Assembly: GCA_944358525.1 (NCBI GenBank)
Contig: CALVRI010000001.1
Location: 10,652 to 74,651, forward strand
Reading direction: 5' to 3'
Source: an uncultured Bacilli bacterium
Lineage (GTDB): Bacteria; Bacillota_I; Bacilli_A; RF39; UBA660
Length of the DNA: 64,000 bases
The position numbers and the translations under genes were made by a program. The notes beneath the pieces were generated by a model. That model had not been told where the DNA came from, made no database searches, and saw only the letters and a list, made by a program, of their open reading frames with translations. This document shows positions 1 through 9,227 of the stretch, piece by piece (position 1 is the stretch's first letter; each line of letters begins with the position of its first letter).

Positions 1-120
1 CATATGTTTTAATTACATCTCTTATTAATTTTTCATCATCAACTATTAGTAAATGCATAAAATCATCTCCATAATAATTATATATCATTTGTGTGAATTT
101 TTTGTGAAAGAAAAAAAGCT

Positions 121-543
121 TTAAGCAGCTTTTGGGTATTTTTTTCTTGTTTTGCATAAAACTTTTACCATATTTTCTTGATGCATTGCTTCAATCAACT
201 CATTTTCTTTTCCTTTAAGAAATTTGATGTTGCTTTGAGGTTTAGTTATTTGTATTGGTAACATTCTATTTAATCTGTGGCTTAGATCTTCTTCACCTTT
301 TTTATTTAAGTAAATATTAGCAAGATGTTTGATACTAATTGTATTTTCGGCTATAAACTCATCTAATTCTTGTTTTTCGCTTGGAGTTAGAGTATCTAGA
401 TTATTTGTATAGCCATATATTTTTTGAACTAATTCAAAGTTTAATACATCGTGTTCATCATTATATGTTTTAAGTGCTTCGGCAATGCTTTTTAAATAAG
501 CTAATTTTGTTTTTGGCACGTTATCACTTCCTTTAATAGACAT
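121..543 (-). CDS. hypothetical protein (140 aa), no recognisable motif
   Basis: Intact ORF in same orientation as neighbours; K/E-rich; no signal peptide or catalytic motif recognised. Confidence 0.35.
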   Translation of the reverse strand: MSIKGSDNVPKTKLAYLKSIAEALKTYNDEHDVLNFELVQKIYGYTNNLDTLTPSEKQELDEFIAENTISIKHLANIYLNKKGEEDLSHRLNRMLPIQITKPQSNIKFLKGKENELIEAMHQENMVKVLCKTRKKYPKAA

Positions 544-594
544 GTTTAATTATATCTCTAAATGAATAACTTGTCAAGTTTTGTCAAATTTTAA

Positions 595-1260
595 TTATTT
601 GTTTGAAAGTTTCTTGACAAAAGCTTTTACTTTTTTTTCGGTAAGAAATTTTCTTACATATATATCTTGAATTTTTTGTCTTAATTGCATATATTCGATA
701 AAGCTACTGTTGCTTTGATGAATAAATAGGTCCATATCGGTAATGATATCAATTGCTTCTTCTAAGGACATACTTTTTAATAGTTCGCCGATTAAAGCTC
801 CAAAATCGGCTTTAAAATAATCTTCTACCATATCTTCTTTATTTTCGTAAAAATCTTCTAACTGTTCGGCAAGCAATGTCAAATATAGATAGCTATTAGT
901 TTGATGATTAAATAATCTTTGATTTAATAGTTCAGTATATCCTTCGTTTAAACCTTCACCTACCATACCAGCTCTTTCAAATATTATACTAAAACCAACT
1001 TGACTATATTTTCTATCAGAGGAGGCGGCATGTAATAGTTCGTGGGATAATACACTTTTATTTTTATCGAAATAAATGTTTATTGCATTTTGCGCACCGT
1101 TATAGGTACCGCTTATGAAATAACCATTTTCAGCTGGCATATCTCTATATGAGTGATATTCGATTGATAGATCATTAGCGCGTTCGATAAAATTTTTGAG
1201 ATTTTCTTTAGGCATTACTTTTAATAAGGTTTGAATAAAGATATATATATCTTTATTCAT
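595..1260 (-). CDS. putative cytosolic zinc metallopeptidase (gluzincin-like, HExxH ... EGxxE)
   Basis: HELLH motif followed ~25 aa later by NEGYTE (candidate third Zn ligand Glu), pattern of MA-clan / Peptidase_MA_2-like proteins; no signal peptide. Confidence 0.45.
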   Translation of the reverse strand: MNKDIYIFIQTLLKVMPKENLKNFIERANDLSIEYHSYRDMPAENGYFISGTYNGAQNAINIYFDKNKSVLSHELLHAASSDRKYSQVGFSIIFERAGMVGEGLNEGYTELLNQRLFNHQTNSYLYLTLLAEQLEDFYENKEDMVEDYFKADFGALIGELLKSMSLEEAIDIITDMDLFIHQSNSSFIEYMQLRQKIQDIYVRKFLTEKKVKAFVKKLSNK

Positions 1261-1525
1261 TTTTCATTTTTTCTATTACATTATTAAAAGTTTCTAGATC
1301 TTCCTCAGTAAATTGAGCTTGAATAGGTCTTTGAAGTTTGATTATATTTAGTTTTTTTAAAGATTTATTTAACATTTGTTTTTGATTATTAATTTTAGTT
1401 TTTAGATTTTGTTTTTCTTGGTGTTTTTCTCTATAAAATTTAAATAGCTTTTTTCTATTTTTATAGGCAATTATAATATTGAAACTGATTAGTAAAATAG
1501 AGATGGTATTTATAATTATGTTCAT
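1253..1525 (-). CDS. small membrane-anchored coiled-coil protein (90 aa)
   Basis: N-terminal hydrophobic segment (IIINTISILLISFNIIIA) then K/Q-rich helix; 8-nt overlap with downstream ORF suggests operon. Confidence 0.3.
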   Translation of the reverse strand: MNIIINTISILLISFNIIIAYKNRKKLFKFYREKHQEKQNLKTKINNQKQMLNKSLKKLNIIKLQRPIQAQFTEEDLETFNNVIEKMKNE

Positions 1526-1568
1526 TTTTGATCATTCCATTACTAGCAAAGAAAAAGTAGGTTTTATC

Positions 1569-3887
1569 CTACTGTTCGAATTGAGAGTTATATAGATTTG
1601 CATAAAATCCGTTTTGTTTCATCAATTCTTCGTGATTTCCTTGTTCGACGATATTTCCTTCTTTCATAACTAAAATTAAGTCAGCATTTTTAATAGTAGA
1701 TAATCTGTGTGCAATTATAAATGAAGTTTTTCCTTCGGTTAATTTATCCATTGCGTTTTGAACTAATTCTTCAGTTCTAGTGTCAACATTCGAAGTTGCT
1801 TCATCTAAGATTAAGAATGGTGTTTCTTTAATCATACCTCTTGCTATAGTTAGTAACTGTCTTTGACCTGCTGAAACACTTTCATTGTCGTTAAGAATTG
1901 TGTCATATCCTTTAGATAAGGTTCTAATGAAGTGGTCTAGACCTACTTCTTTACAAACTTCTCTAACTTTTTCATCTGAAATGTTATTACGATTATAAAT
2001 GATATTTTCTTTAATGCTGCCTTCAAATAACCACGTATCTTGAAGAACCATAGTAAATAAATCATGGATATTTTCTCTAGTTAATTCTTTAGTAGAAACA
2101 CCGTCTATTTTGATATCTCCTGAGTTGATGTCGTAGAATTTCATAAGTAAGTTGACCATGGTTGTCTTACCGGCTCCAGTTGGGCCAACTATGGCTATTT
2201 TTTGACCTGGTTTAGCATGTGCCGTAAAGTTTTTGATAGTTGGGTTATCATTTCCATCATATTTAAATACAACATTCTCAAAGTCAATATAGCCTTGAAC
2301 ATCTTTGATGTTTAAATGTTTAGTTATGTTATCTTCTTTACTCATTTCTGTTTCATCAATAAAATCAAATACTCTTTCACTAGCTGCAGCTGTAGATTGA
2401 AGTGAAGTCATAGCTTGAGCTATTTGCGATAGAGGGTTGGTGAATAATCTAACATAAGTCATGAAGGCAACAATAACTCCAAATGATATTTGACCATTCA
2501 TCGTAAGCATAGCTCCGACAATACATACGGCAACGTAACCAAAGTTACCGATGAAAGCCATAATCGGTTGCATTAATCCTGATAAGAATTGACTTTTCTT
2601 ATTACTTTGACAAACTTTTTCATTAAATTTATCGAATTTTTGGCTAGCTTCTTCTTTGCCGTTATATGCTTTGACTACATTTAAACCTGAATATATTTCT
2701 TCTATATGACCATTTAAATTTCCAAGTTCGGTTTGTCTTTGCATGAAGTATTTTTGAGAGTTTTTAAGGATAAAGGCCATACCGATAAATCCGATTAAAC
2801 TTGATAAAATGGCAGTTATAGCTAAAATCCAATTAGTGATAAACATCATGATGATACTACCTAAGAATAAAGTTATACTACTTACTAATGAGGCAAGTGA
2901 TTGGTTCATTGATTGAGCAATCATATCAACATCGTTAGTAATTCTAGATAGAATATCTCCGACTTGATGTTTATCAAAATATTTAAGTGGTAATTTATTT
3001 ATTTTAACAGAAATTCTACTACGTAAATTGTTTGCAAATTTATTCGCAACATTAGTCATACAAATAGATTGAATATATGTAAACAATGCACTAGATAGAT
3101 ACATACAAATTAACAAGATAGTTATTCCTTTAATTTTGTCCATATTCATTGTAGGTTCGATAACTGTTCTTATTGATTTTGGTAGAGTATCTAATGTTTT
3201 ATATATTTCACTTTGGTTTGCATTTTTATCTAGAGTGCTCATAGTTTTTAAATATTGATATTGATCTTTTGGTGATATTTTAGTTCCATCAATTGTTATT
3301 TCTTTAAAGAAAATATTTTGAAGATTTTCGGATAGATTTATGTTTTTAGCATCTTTGCTTATTTTGATAAGGTTTAACTTATCTTCAGTGGTAATGGTTT
3401 TTCCTTCATATTTAGAATCACTAAAAATCTTTTCTAATATATTATTAGGAAGATTAGAAAGTGATTTAAAGGCTTCAGTTGGGTTTTCTTCCATTTTACT
3501 TAAAATTTCTTGAAATTTAGCTTTATCTTTTTCTGAAATACTAGTATCACTCATGATGCTTCTGATATTACTTTGAGATATATTTGGATTTAGTATTTCT
3601 GGAAGCATTTCTTTTAATTTATCTTCGCTTAGATTTTCGCTAGTTTTTTTATTTAAAGCTTCCATATTGTCTTGATTTATTACTAAACCAGCAGATATTT
3701 CATCGGTTAGGTCTGATAATCTATTTGGAGCTAAAATTGATAATATAGAACCTAATATGGCTAAAGTAAAGGCAACAATAATTAATATTTTATATGTATT
3801 TATTTCGTGAAATAATCTTTTAATTGCTCCTTTAAAATCTCTAGCTTTATCGTAGTTTGCGTTTGGTCCATGATTTGGTCTAGGCAT
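1569..3887 (-). CDS. ABC transporter ATP-binding/permease (type I exporter half-transporter) with ~230-aa extracytoplasmic insert between TM1 and TM2
   Basis: Six-TM exporter core followed by NBD with Walker A GPTGAGKTT, signature SAGQRQLL, Walker B ILDEATS; long hydrophilic loop after first TM. Confidence 0.85.
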   Translation of the reverse strand: MPRPNHGPNANYDKARDFKGAIKRLFHEINTYKILIIVAFTLAILGSILSILAPNRLSDLTDEISAGLVINQDNMEALNKKTSENLSEDKLKEMLPEILNPNISQSNIRSIMSDTSISEKDKAKFQEILSKMEENPTEAFKSLSNLPNNILEKIFSDSKYEGKTITTEDKLNLIKISKDAKNINLSENLQNIFFKEITIDGTKISPKDQYQYLKTMSTLDKNANQSEIYKTLDTLPKSIRTVIEPTMNMDKIKGITILLICMYLSSALFTYIQSICMTNVANKFANNLRSRISVKINKLPLKYFDKHQVGDILSRITNDVDMIAQSMNQSLASLVSSITLFLGSIIMMFITNWILAITAILSSLIGFIGMAFILKNSQKYFMQRQTELGNLNGHIEEIYSGLNVVKAYNGKEEASQKFDKFNEKVCQSNKKSQFLSGLMQPIMAFIGNFGYVAVCIVGAMLTMNGQISFGVIVAFMTYVRLFTNPLSQIAQAMTSLQSTAAASERVFDFIDETEMSKEDNITKHLNIKDVQGYIDFENVVFKYDGNDNPTIKNFTAHAKPGQKIAIVGPTGAGKTTMVNLLMKFYDINSGDIKIDGVSTKELTRENIHDLFTMVLQDTWLFEGSIKENIIYNRNNISDEKVREVCKEVGLDHFIRTLSKGYDTILNDNESVSAGQRQLLTIARGMIKETPFLILDEATSNVDTRTEELVQNAMDKLTEGKTSFIIAHRLSTIKNADLILVMKEGNIVEQGNHEELMKQNGFYANLYNSQFEQ

Positions 3888-5640
3888 TTTCTAACTCCTC
3901 CTTTGATAGTTGTGATAAGGCTATTTCTTTATAGACTTCACAAGTTTTTAATAGTTCTTTATGAGTTCCCATTCCAACACATTTACCACTATCTAAAACA
4001 ACAATTTTATCAGCATTCATAATTGTTCCAATTCTTTGAGCTACAATTAAACTGGTGGCATTTTTAGTATAATTTTTTAGTTCTTTTCTTAAAACGGCAT
4101 CTGTTTTATAATCAAGTGCTGAAAAAGAGTCGTCAAATATATATATTTCGGGGTCTCTTGCAATTGCTCTTGCAATAGCTAATCTTTGTTTTTGACCACC
4201 AGATACATTTGTACCACCTTGAGCGATATGTGTTTCGTATTTGTCATCCATTTTTTCAATAAACTCACTTGCTTGAGCTACCTCGGCTGCTTCTTTGATT
4301 TTTGTTTTACTTATTTCTCCCTTTCCATTATCGCCATAGCTAATATTATAATTAACGGTTCCAGCAAACATAACAGCTTTTTGTGGGACGTATCCTAATT
4401 TGTTATTTAAAGTTTCTGTTTTATAGTCTTTTACATTAATTCCATCAATTAAAACTTCACCTTCAGTTGCATCATAAAATCTAGGAACTAAATTAATTAG
4501 AGTTGATTTTCCGCTTCCAGTTGAACCAATAAAGGCTATCGTTTCACCTTGATTAACTTTAAATGAAATATTTTCTAAAACATATTCATCGGCATCTGGA
4601 TATTTAAATGAAACGTTTTTAAATTCAACAGTGCCTTTTTCTTTAGTGTTTCCATCAAAAGTTCCAGGAATAATTTTTTGTTTAGTGTCTAAGACTTCAT
4701 TGATTCTTCGGGCAGATACTCCGGCTCTTGGTATCATCATGAAAATCATAGCAAGCATTAAAAATGACATTATTACTTGCATTGCATAAGAACTAAAAAC
4801 AATCATATTACCAAATAAAGTTATTTTATCAGCTAAAATTGAGTTTTGAATTAAACCTGCTCCAATAAAATATATAGATAAGGTTAACCCATACATTATT
4901 AAGTACATAACAGGCATCATAATAGCAAATTTCTTTTGATTGAAAAGTTGTAAATTAGTTAGTTTGTCATTAACATCATCGAATTTATCTTCTTGGTATT
5001 TTTCAGCATTAAAGGCTCTAACAACTCTAATACCTGTTAAGTTTTCTCTTGCAATACCATTGATTTTATCAATTAATTTTTGAACAAGTTTAAATCTTGG
5101 AATAACTATAATCATAAGTGTAGTAATAACTCCTAGTAAAATTAAAACAGCAATTCCAGTAACCGCACTCCACTGCCAGCCTTTATTTAAAATTTTGGTG
5201 ATTGCCCAAACAGCAGTAATTGGGGCTTTTACTAATAATTGAAGTCCCACGGCAATTAACATTTCTATTTGAGTTACATCGTTGGTTGTTCTTGTAATCA
5301 AACTACTTGTTTGAAAATTTTTTATTTCTTCGGTGTCGAGATTTTGAACCTTACTAAATATTTGTTTTCTAGTGTTTCTAGAAAATTCCGATGCAATATA
5401 GGCAGCAAAATAGCCAGCACCTACAGCAAATATTAAACTGCCTAAGGCACATAATATCATATATCCTCCATTTAAGATAATGTCCTCCATTTTACTACCT
5501 TCAGTTTGTACGAGAACAGTTATTTCTGACATATAATCTGGAATTTTTAGTTCTAACCAAACTTGAAGAGTAATTAAAATTACACAGAAGATAGCAAATA
5601 GCCATTCTTTTTTTGTTAAGTTTTTTAATAATTTTAACAT
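3880..5640 (-). CDS. ABC transporter ATP-binding/permease (partner half-transporter; heterodimeric exporter)
   Basis: TMD + NBD: Walker A GSTGSGKST, signature VSGGQKQRLAIARA, Walker B IFDDSFSALD; 8-nt overlap with downstream subunit. Confidence 0.85.
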   Translation of the reverse strand: MLKLLKNLTKKEWLFAIFCVILITLQVWLELKIPDYMSEITVLVQTEGSKMEDIILNGGYMILCALGSLIFAVGAGYFAAYIASEFSRNTRKQIFSKVQNLDTEEIKNFQTSSLITRTTNDVTQIEMLIAVGLQLLVKAPITAVWAITKILNKGWQWSAVTGIAVLILLGVITTLMIIVIPRFKLVQKLIDKINGIARENLTGIRVVRAFNAEKYQEDKFDDVNDKLTNLQLFNQKKFAIMMPVMYLIMYGLTLSIYFIGAGLIQNSILADKITLFGNMIVFSSYAMQVIMSFLMLAMIFMMIPRAGVSARRINEVLDTKQKIIPGTFDGNTKEKGTVEFKNVSFKYPDADEYVLENISFKVNQGETIAFIGSTGSGKSTLINLVPRFYDATEGEVLIDGINVKDYKTETLNNKLGYVPQKAVMFAGTVNYNISYGDNGKGEISKTKIKEAAEVAQASEFIEKMDDKYETHIAQGGTNVSGGQKQRLAIARAIARDPEIYIFDDSFSALDYKTDAVLRKELKNYTKNATSLIVAQRIGTIMNADKIVVLDSGKCVGMGTHKELLKTCEVYKEIALSQLSKEELENA

Positions 5641-6083
5641 ATGTCCATCCTTTCTTCTTTTAAATTTTCTTGCATTTGACTGATAACTTTTAAAAAGATT
5701 TCTAAGTCTTTTTTATTGATATTTTTTAATAGTGCTTTTTCTGTTTCATCTAAAGTTTGTTTGACAGCATTAAATTTTTCTTTAGTATTTTCACTTAGAA
5801 TTATTCGTTTTATTCTAGTATCAGTTTTGTCTGGAACTCTGGAAATTAGTTTATTCCTTTCCATTGTTTTTAATATTTCGGATAGGGTTGCTCTTCTTAG
5901 ACCGAGTGCTAAAGCAATATCTCTTTGATATACTTTTTTATCTTTTTTAGAACTAATATAATGAAGTATTTGCATTTGTGCAGGTGTTGGCATATTTTCT
6001 TTTGATGCCCCTATTTCATAACAATATCGCATAATTGAATGATTTAAATCTTTTATCTGATATATTGCTTTTTTATTTTCCAT
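5634..6083 (-). CDS. MarR family transcriptional regulator
   Basis: 149 aa, winged-helix region (QMQILHYISS ... RDIALALGLRRATLSEILKTMERNKLISR) typical of MarR; overlaps start of ABC exporter gene (operon). Confidence 0.75.
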   Translation of the reverse strand: MENKKAIYQIKDLNHSIMRYCYEIGASKENMPTPAQMQILHYISSKKDKKVYQRDIALALGLRRATLSEILKTMERNKLISRVPDKTDTRIKRIILSENTKEKFNAVKQTLDETEKALLKNINKKDLEIFLKVISQMQENLKEERMDIC

Positions 6084-6112
6084 ATTTCACCTCTACTTTG
6101 TATGCATAAATC

Positions 6113-6141
6113 ATTTTATTACTTATTAAAAAAATTGTCAA
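6113..6141 (-). promoter_or_regulatory. sigma-A type promoter for marR-ABC exporter operon (-35 TTGACA / 17 nt / -10 TAAAAT on minus strand)
   Basis: Minus-strand reading ...TTGACAatttttttaataagtaaTAAAAT..., followed by AGGTG RBS 5 nt before marR ATG. Confidence 0.5.
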
Positions 6142-6195
6142 TAGCCTAACAAAATATATTTGAAGTTTACATATTTTCACATAATTTGCAATTTA

Positions 6196-6218
6196 AAAGA
6201 TAAGTTTTGCTTATCTTT
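6196..6218 (-). terminator. intrinsic terminator after deacetylase gene (9-bp perfect stem AAAGATAAG/CTTATCTTT, U-rich tail on minus strand)
   Basis: Perfect inverted repeat overlapping stop codon of 6217..7083, followed on the minus strand by UUUUAAAUU. Confidence 0.45.
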
Positions 6219-7083
6219 AATTATTAATATGGTGATGTATTTGTTTAGTCTGTTTGGTTATTTTAGCAAATGTATAACCGTTTGCTTTTGCATATTTAAT
6301 TATATCTTGTAAAGCTTCAGCAGTGGTGGCTTTAGTAGATGAATCATGCATTAATATTATATTTGTTCCATTATGTATTCTATTCGTTACATTTTGATAT
6401 ATACATTCTTTTGAAATACTTCCAGATGCATCTTCACTATCTATATTCCAATCATAATAATAAAAATCATTGCTGATTAAGGTATTTGTTATTCTAGTCA
6501 TAATACCTGGATTATATTTTTTTGATATGGTATTAGAAGATCCACCTGGCAATCTTATGATACGTGATTTTATTCCAGTAATATTAAATACTTTCATTCT
6601 AATTTCATTTAAATCATTAAAATAATTTTCATCTGATGAATATATGTAACTATAGAGATGGGTTGATGTGTGAAGACCGATGGTGTGATTTTCTTCATAC
6701 ATTCTTCTAATTACATTTGAATACTTATCTATCTGTCTAGAGGTTACAAAAAAAGTAGCTGGAACATTTTCTTCTTTTAAAATATCTAAAATTGTTTCCG
6801 TTAGATAACTTGGCCCATCATCAAATGTTAGATATATGGTTTTATCTGAAATAATTGATGGATTAATATTTTTAACTTTTATTTTTTTGGGTTTTGGTAT
6901 TTCTATATTTTTATTAAAATTAATTAAAGGTTTAATTTCTTTAAATTCACTTTTAGGTTTATTTATTTTAATCACATAATTGAGTAACATGATAATATTA
7001 AGAATTAAACAGATTATTATGATTAAGGGTACTTTATTTTTTTTGATGTAATTTTTTATTTTTTTTTGCTGCATACTACTCAC
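6217..7083 (-). CDS. membrane-anchored polysaccharide (peptidoglycan) deacetylase, NodB homology domain
   Basis: N-terminal TM anchor then TFDDGP ... RxPGG ... LMHD motifs of CE4 NodB deacetylases. Confidence 0.8.
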   Translation of the reverse strand: MSSMQQKKIKNYIKKNKVPLIIIICLILNIIMLLNYVIKINKPKSEFKEIKPLINFNKNIEIPKPKKIKVKNINPSIISDKTIYLTFDDGPSYLTETILDILKEENVPATFFVTSRQIDKYSNVIRRMYEENHTIGLHTSTHLYSYIYSSDENYFNDLNEIRMKVFNITGIKSRIIRLPGGSSNTISKKYNPGIMTRITNTLISNDFYYYDWNIDSEDASGSISKECIYQNVTNRIHNGTNIILMHDSSTKATTAEALQDIIKYAKANGYTFAKITKQTKQIHHHINN

Positions 7084-7161
7084 CTACTACCATTATACCT
7101 TAAAATATAAAGGAATACAAAGAAATAAAAAGTTTTAATAAAAGTTCACTTAAAAGTGAAC

Positions 7162-8568
7162 TTAATTATTTACATGGTGAGTCACCATTGGGGTACTCAT
7201 AGTTATTTTGGCAAAGGTATAACCATTATTTTTTCCATATCTAATGATATTTCTTAATGCATCTCTAGTATATGGTTTAATATCATGCATTAATATCATA
7301 TTGACTTTGTTTTTACTTAATGAACGAATAACATTATTATAGACACCAGAGGAACTTGTCGTTTCTCCAGCATCACCGCTAGAAATGTTCCAATCATAAT
7401 ATCTATATCCCTTGTTTACGACATCTTTAGTTAAAGTTGTCATAATTCCTTTTGAGTATTTTTTAGAAACTGTATTTGAAGATCCACCAGGAAATCTAAT
7501 TATTTTACTTTCTATACCGGTGATTCTTTTTACTCTATCTTGAACTTGTTTTAAATCATTATAATAACTATCAACTGATTTATAGACTGTCTGATAGTTG
7601 TGAGAAGCTGTGTGAAGACCAACTGTATGACCTTCGTCATGTTCTCTTTTAATTAGGTAATCTGGGCCACTATTTGTCACGAAAAAGGTTGCAGAAACTC
7701 CTTCTTCTTTTAGTATGTCTAAGATGACATTAGTGGTTCCTTCTTTTGGCCCATCATCAAAAGTTAAGTAAATTGTACCTTTTTGATTTGAAGGTGTTTG
7801 TGATGAAGGATTAGATGGTTTTGATATTACTTTTACAGTTCTAATGATGGTTGTTTGATTACCTGATAAATCTTTGACAGTATAGGTTATTTTATAACTT
7901 CCTAATTTGTTAGAATTTACTACCCCAGATGATACAACATTATTTGTTATATCATTATCACAGTTATCATAAGCGGTATATCCTGGCTCTTTCCATGTAT
8001 TACCTAAATAAATAGTTTGATTGGTACTACCTTTGAGTGTGATGGTTGGCAAACTTTTATCTTCGCTTGTAATGGTTCTAGTTATTTTTGTTTCATTGTT
8101 AGATGTATCTTTAACCGAATAAGTTATTAAATTATCTTTTTTTGTTATTTTTACTTTATTTGTAATATCACCATCATAGTTATCAATAGCTTTATATCCT
8201 TCTTCTTGATATTGTACTTGGGGACAAATGGTGACATTTTCATTTCCGGTTAAAGTAATTATTGGTTTTTCATTATCTACTAATTTAATTTTTCTTGTCT
8301 TTTTATATGTAATTCCATTAATTTTAACTTCATATATTATGTCGTAAGTTCCAAGTTTATTTTTATTTATTTTATTTTTGATTTTAACTTTTTTTGTATA
8401 ATCTTTACCGAATTTTGTGACTTTAAAACCTGGCTCTTGGTATTTTTGACCATATTCTAACTCAATGTTTTGTGATTGCTTAAATTCAAATTTTGGTGGC
8501 CAAAAAAAGATTACAGCAATGACTATTAATAAAATAACAACAATACTAATAACATACTTCTTTTTCAT
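7162..8568 (-). CDS. polysaccharide deacetylase with two N-terminal Ig-like (DUF5011-type) domains
   Basis: N-terminal anchor; two repeats carrying G..Y.EPG(Y)xAxDNxDxDITNxV (DUF5011-like); C-terminal NodB domain (TFDDGP, RFPGG, LMHD) paralogous to the downstream deacetylase. Confidence 0.8.
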   Translation of the reverse strand: MKKKYVISIVVILLIVIAVIFFWPPKFEFKQSQNIELEYGQKYQEPGFKVTKFGKDYTKKVKIKNKINKNKLGTYDIIYEVKINGITYKKTRKIKLVDNEKPIITLTGNENVTICPQVQYQEEGYKAIDNYDGDITNKVKITKKDNLITYSVKDTSNNETKITRTITSEDKSLPTITLKGSTNQTIYLGNTWKEPGYTAYDNCDNDITNNVVSSGVVNSNKLGSYKITYTVKDLSGNQTTIIRTVKVISKPSNPSSQTPSNQKGTIYLTFDDGPKEGTTNVILDILKEEGVSATFFVTNSGPDYLIKREHDEGHTVGLHTASHNYQTVYKSVDSYYNDLKQVQDRVKRITGIESKIIRFPGGSSNTVSKKYSKGIMTTLTKDVVNKGYRYYDWNISSGDAGETTSSSGVYNNVIRSLSKNKVNMILMHDIKPYTRDALRNIIRYGKNNGYTFAKITMSTPMVTHHVNN

Positions 8569-8577
8569 ATAATACCC

Positions 8578-9192
8578 CTATTTATTTTGATATTCTAGAG
8601 CTTCTTTTAACGAATATTTACAACCACAATAGTGCTGGCGATAAAGATTATACTGTTTAGCAAGCTCATTACTTCTTTTATATCCTTCTTTTTTCTTGAA
8701 GTCGGAATATAAGTATTTGATATCATATTTTTCTGATAATATTTTGCCTATTTTGTTTAGTTTTTCGCTATTTTTATAAGGACTTACCGATAATGTTGTT
8801 GTAAAATAATCATAATGTTTTTTCTTAGCAAGATGGGCTGTTTTTTCTAATCTTAAGTAAAAACATTTAGAACATCTAATACCACCTTCTTTTTCATTTT
8901 CTAATCCTTTAGAAATTTCATCAAAATCTTTTTTTAAATACCCAATTTCTAGCAATTTTACTTTTAAATTCATTTTTTGAATTATTTCTTTTTGGACATT
9001 TAATCGTTTAAGATATTCTCCTTCAGGATATATATTAGGATTATAATATAGGATGGTGATGTCAAAAAAAGGATAAAGCCTTTCTAATACTGAACTACTA
9101 CATACTCCGCAGCAGGCATGCAGTAAAAGTTTAGGTTTATCTTTTAAATTATTTATAATATCTTCCATAATTAAATTATAATTTGTTTTCAT
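8578..9192 (-). CDS. queH: epoxyqueuosine reductase QueH (DUF208)
   Basis: ~200 aa with N-terminal HACCGVCSS and C-terminal YCGCKYS cysteine clusters characteristic of QueH. Confidence 0.7.
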   Translation of the reverse strand: MKTNYNLIMEDIINNLKDKPKLLLHACCGVCSSSVLERLYPFFDITILYYNPNIYPEGEYLKRLNVQKEIIQKMNLKVKLLEIGYLKKDFDEISKGLENEKEGGIRCSKCFYLRLEKTAHLAKKKHYDYFTTTLSVSPYKNSEKLNKIGKILSEKYDIKYLYSDFKKKEGYKRSNELAKQYNLYRQHYCGCKYSLKEALEYQNK

Positions 9193-9227
9193 CTAATCAC
9201 CTTATGTCTAAGGATATTATATCACAA

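Noticed and set aside
4186-4398. Numerous 60-115-aa ORFs on the opposite strand inside large genes (e.g. 4186..4398, 9599..9799, 14770..15042, 17614..17892, 23331..23675, 28258..28641, 33603..33938)
   Set aside because: They lie fully within longer, motif-supported CDSs on the other strand, lack RBSs, and have low-complexity antisense composition. They are typical spurious ORFs.
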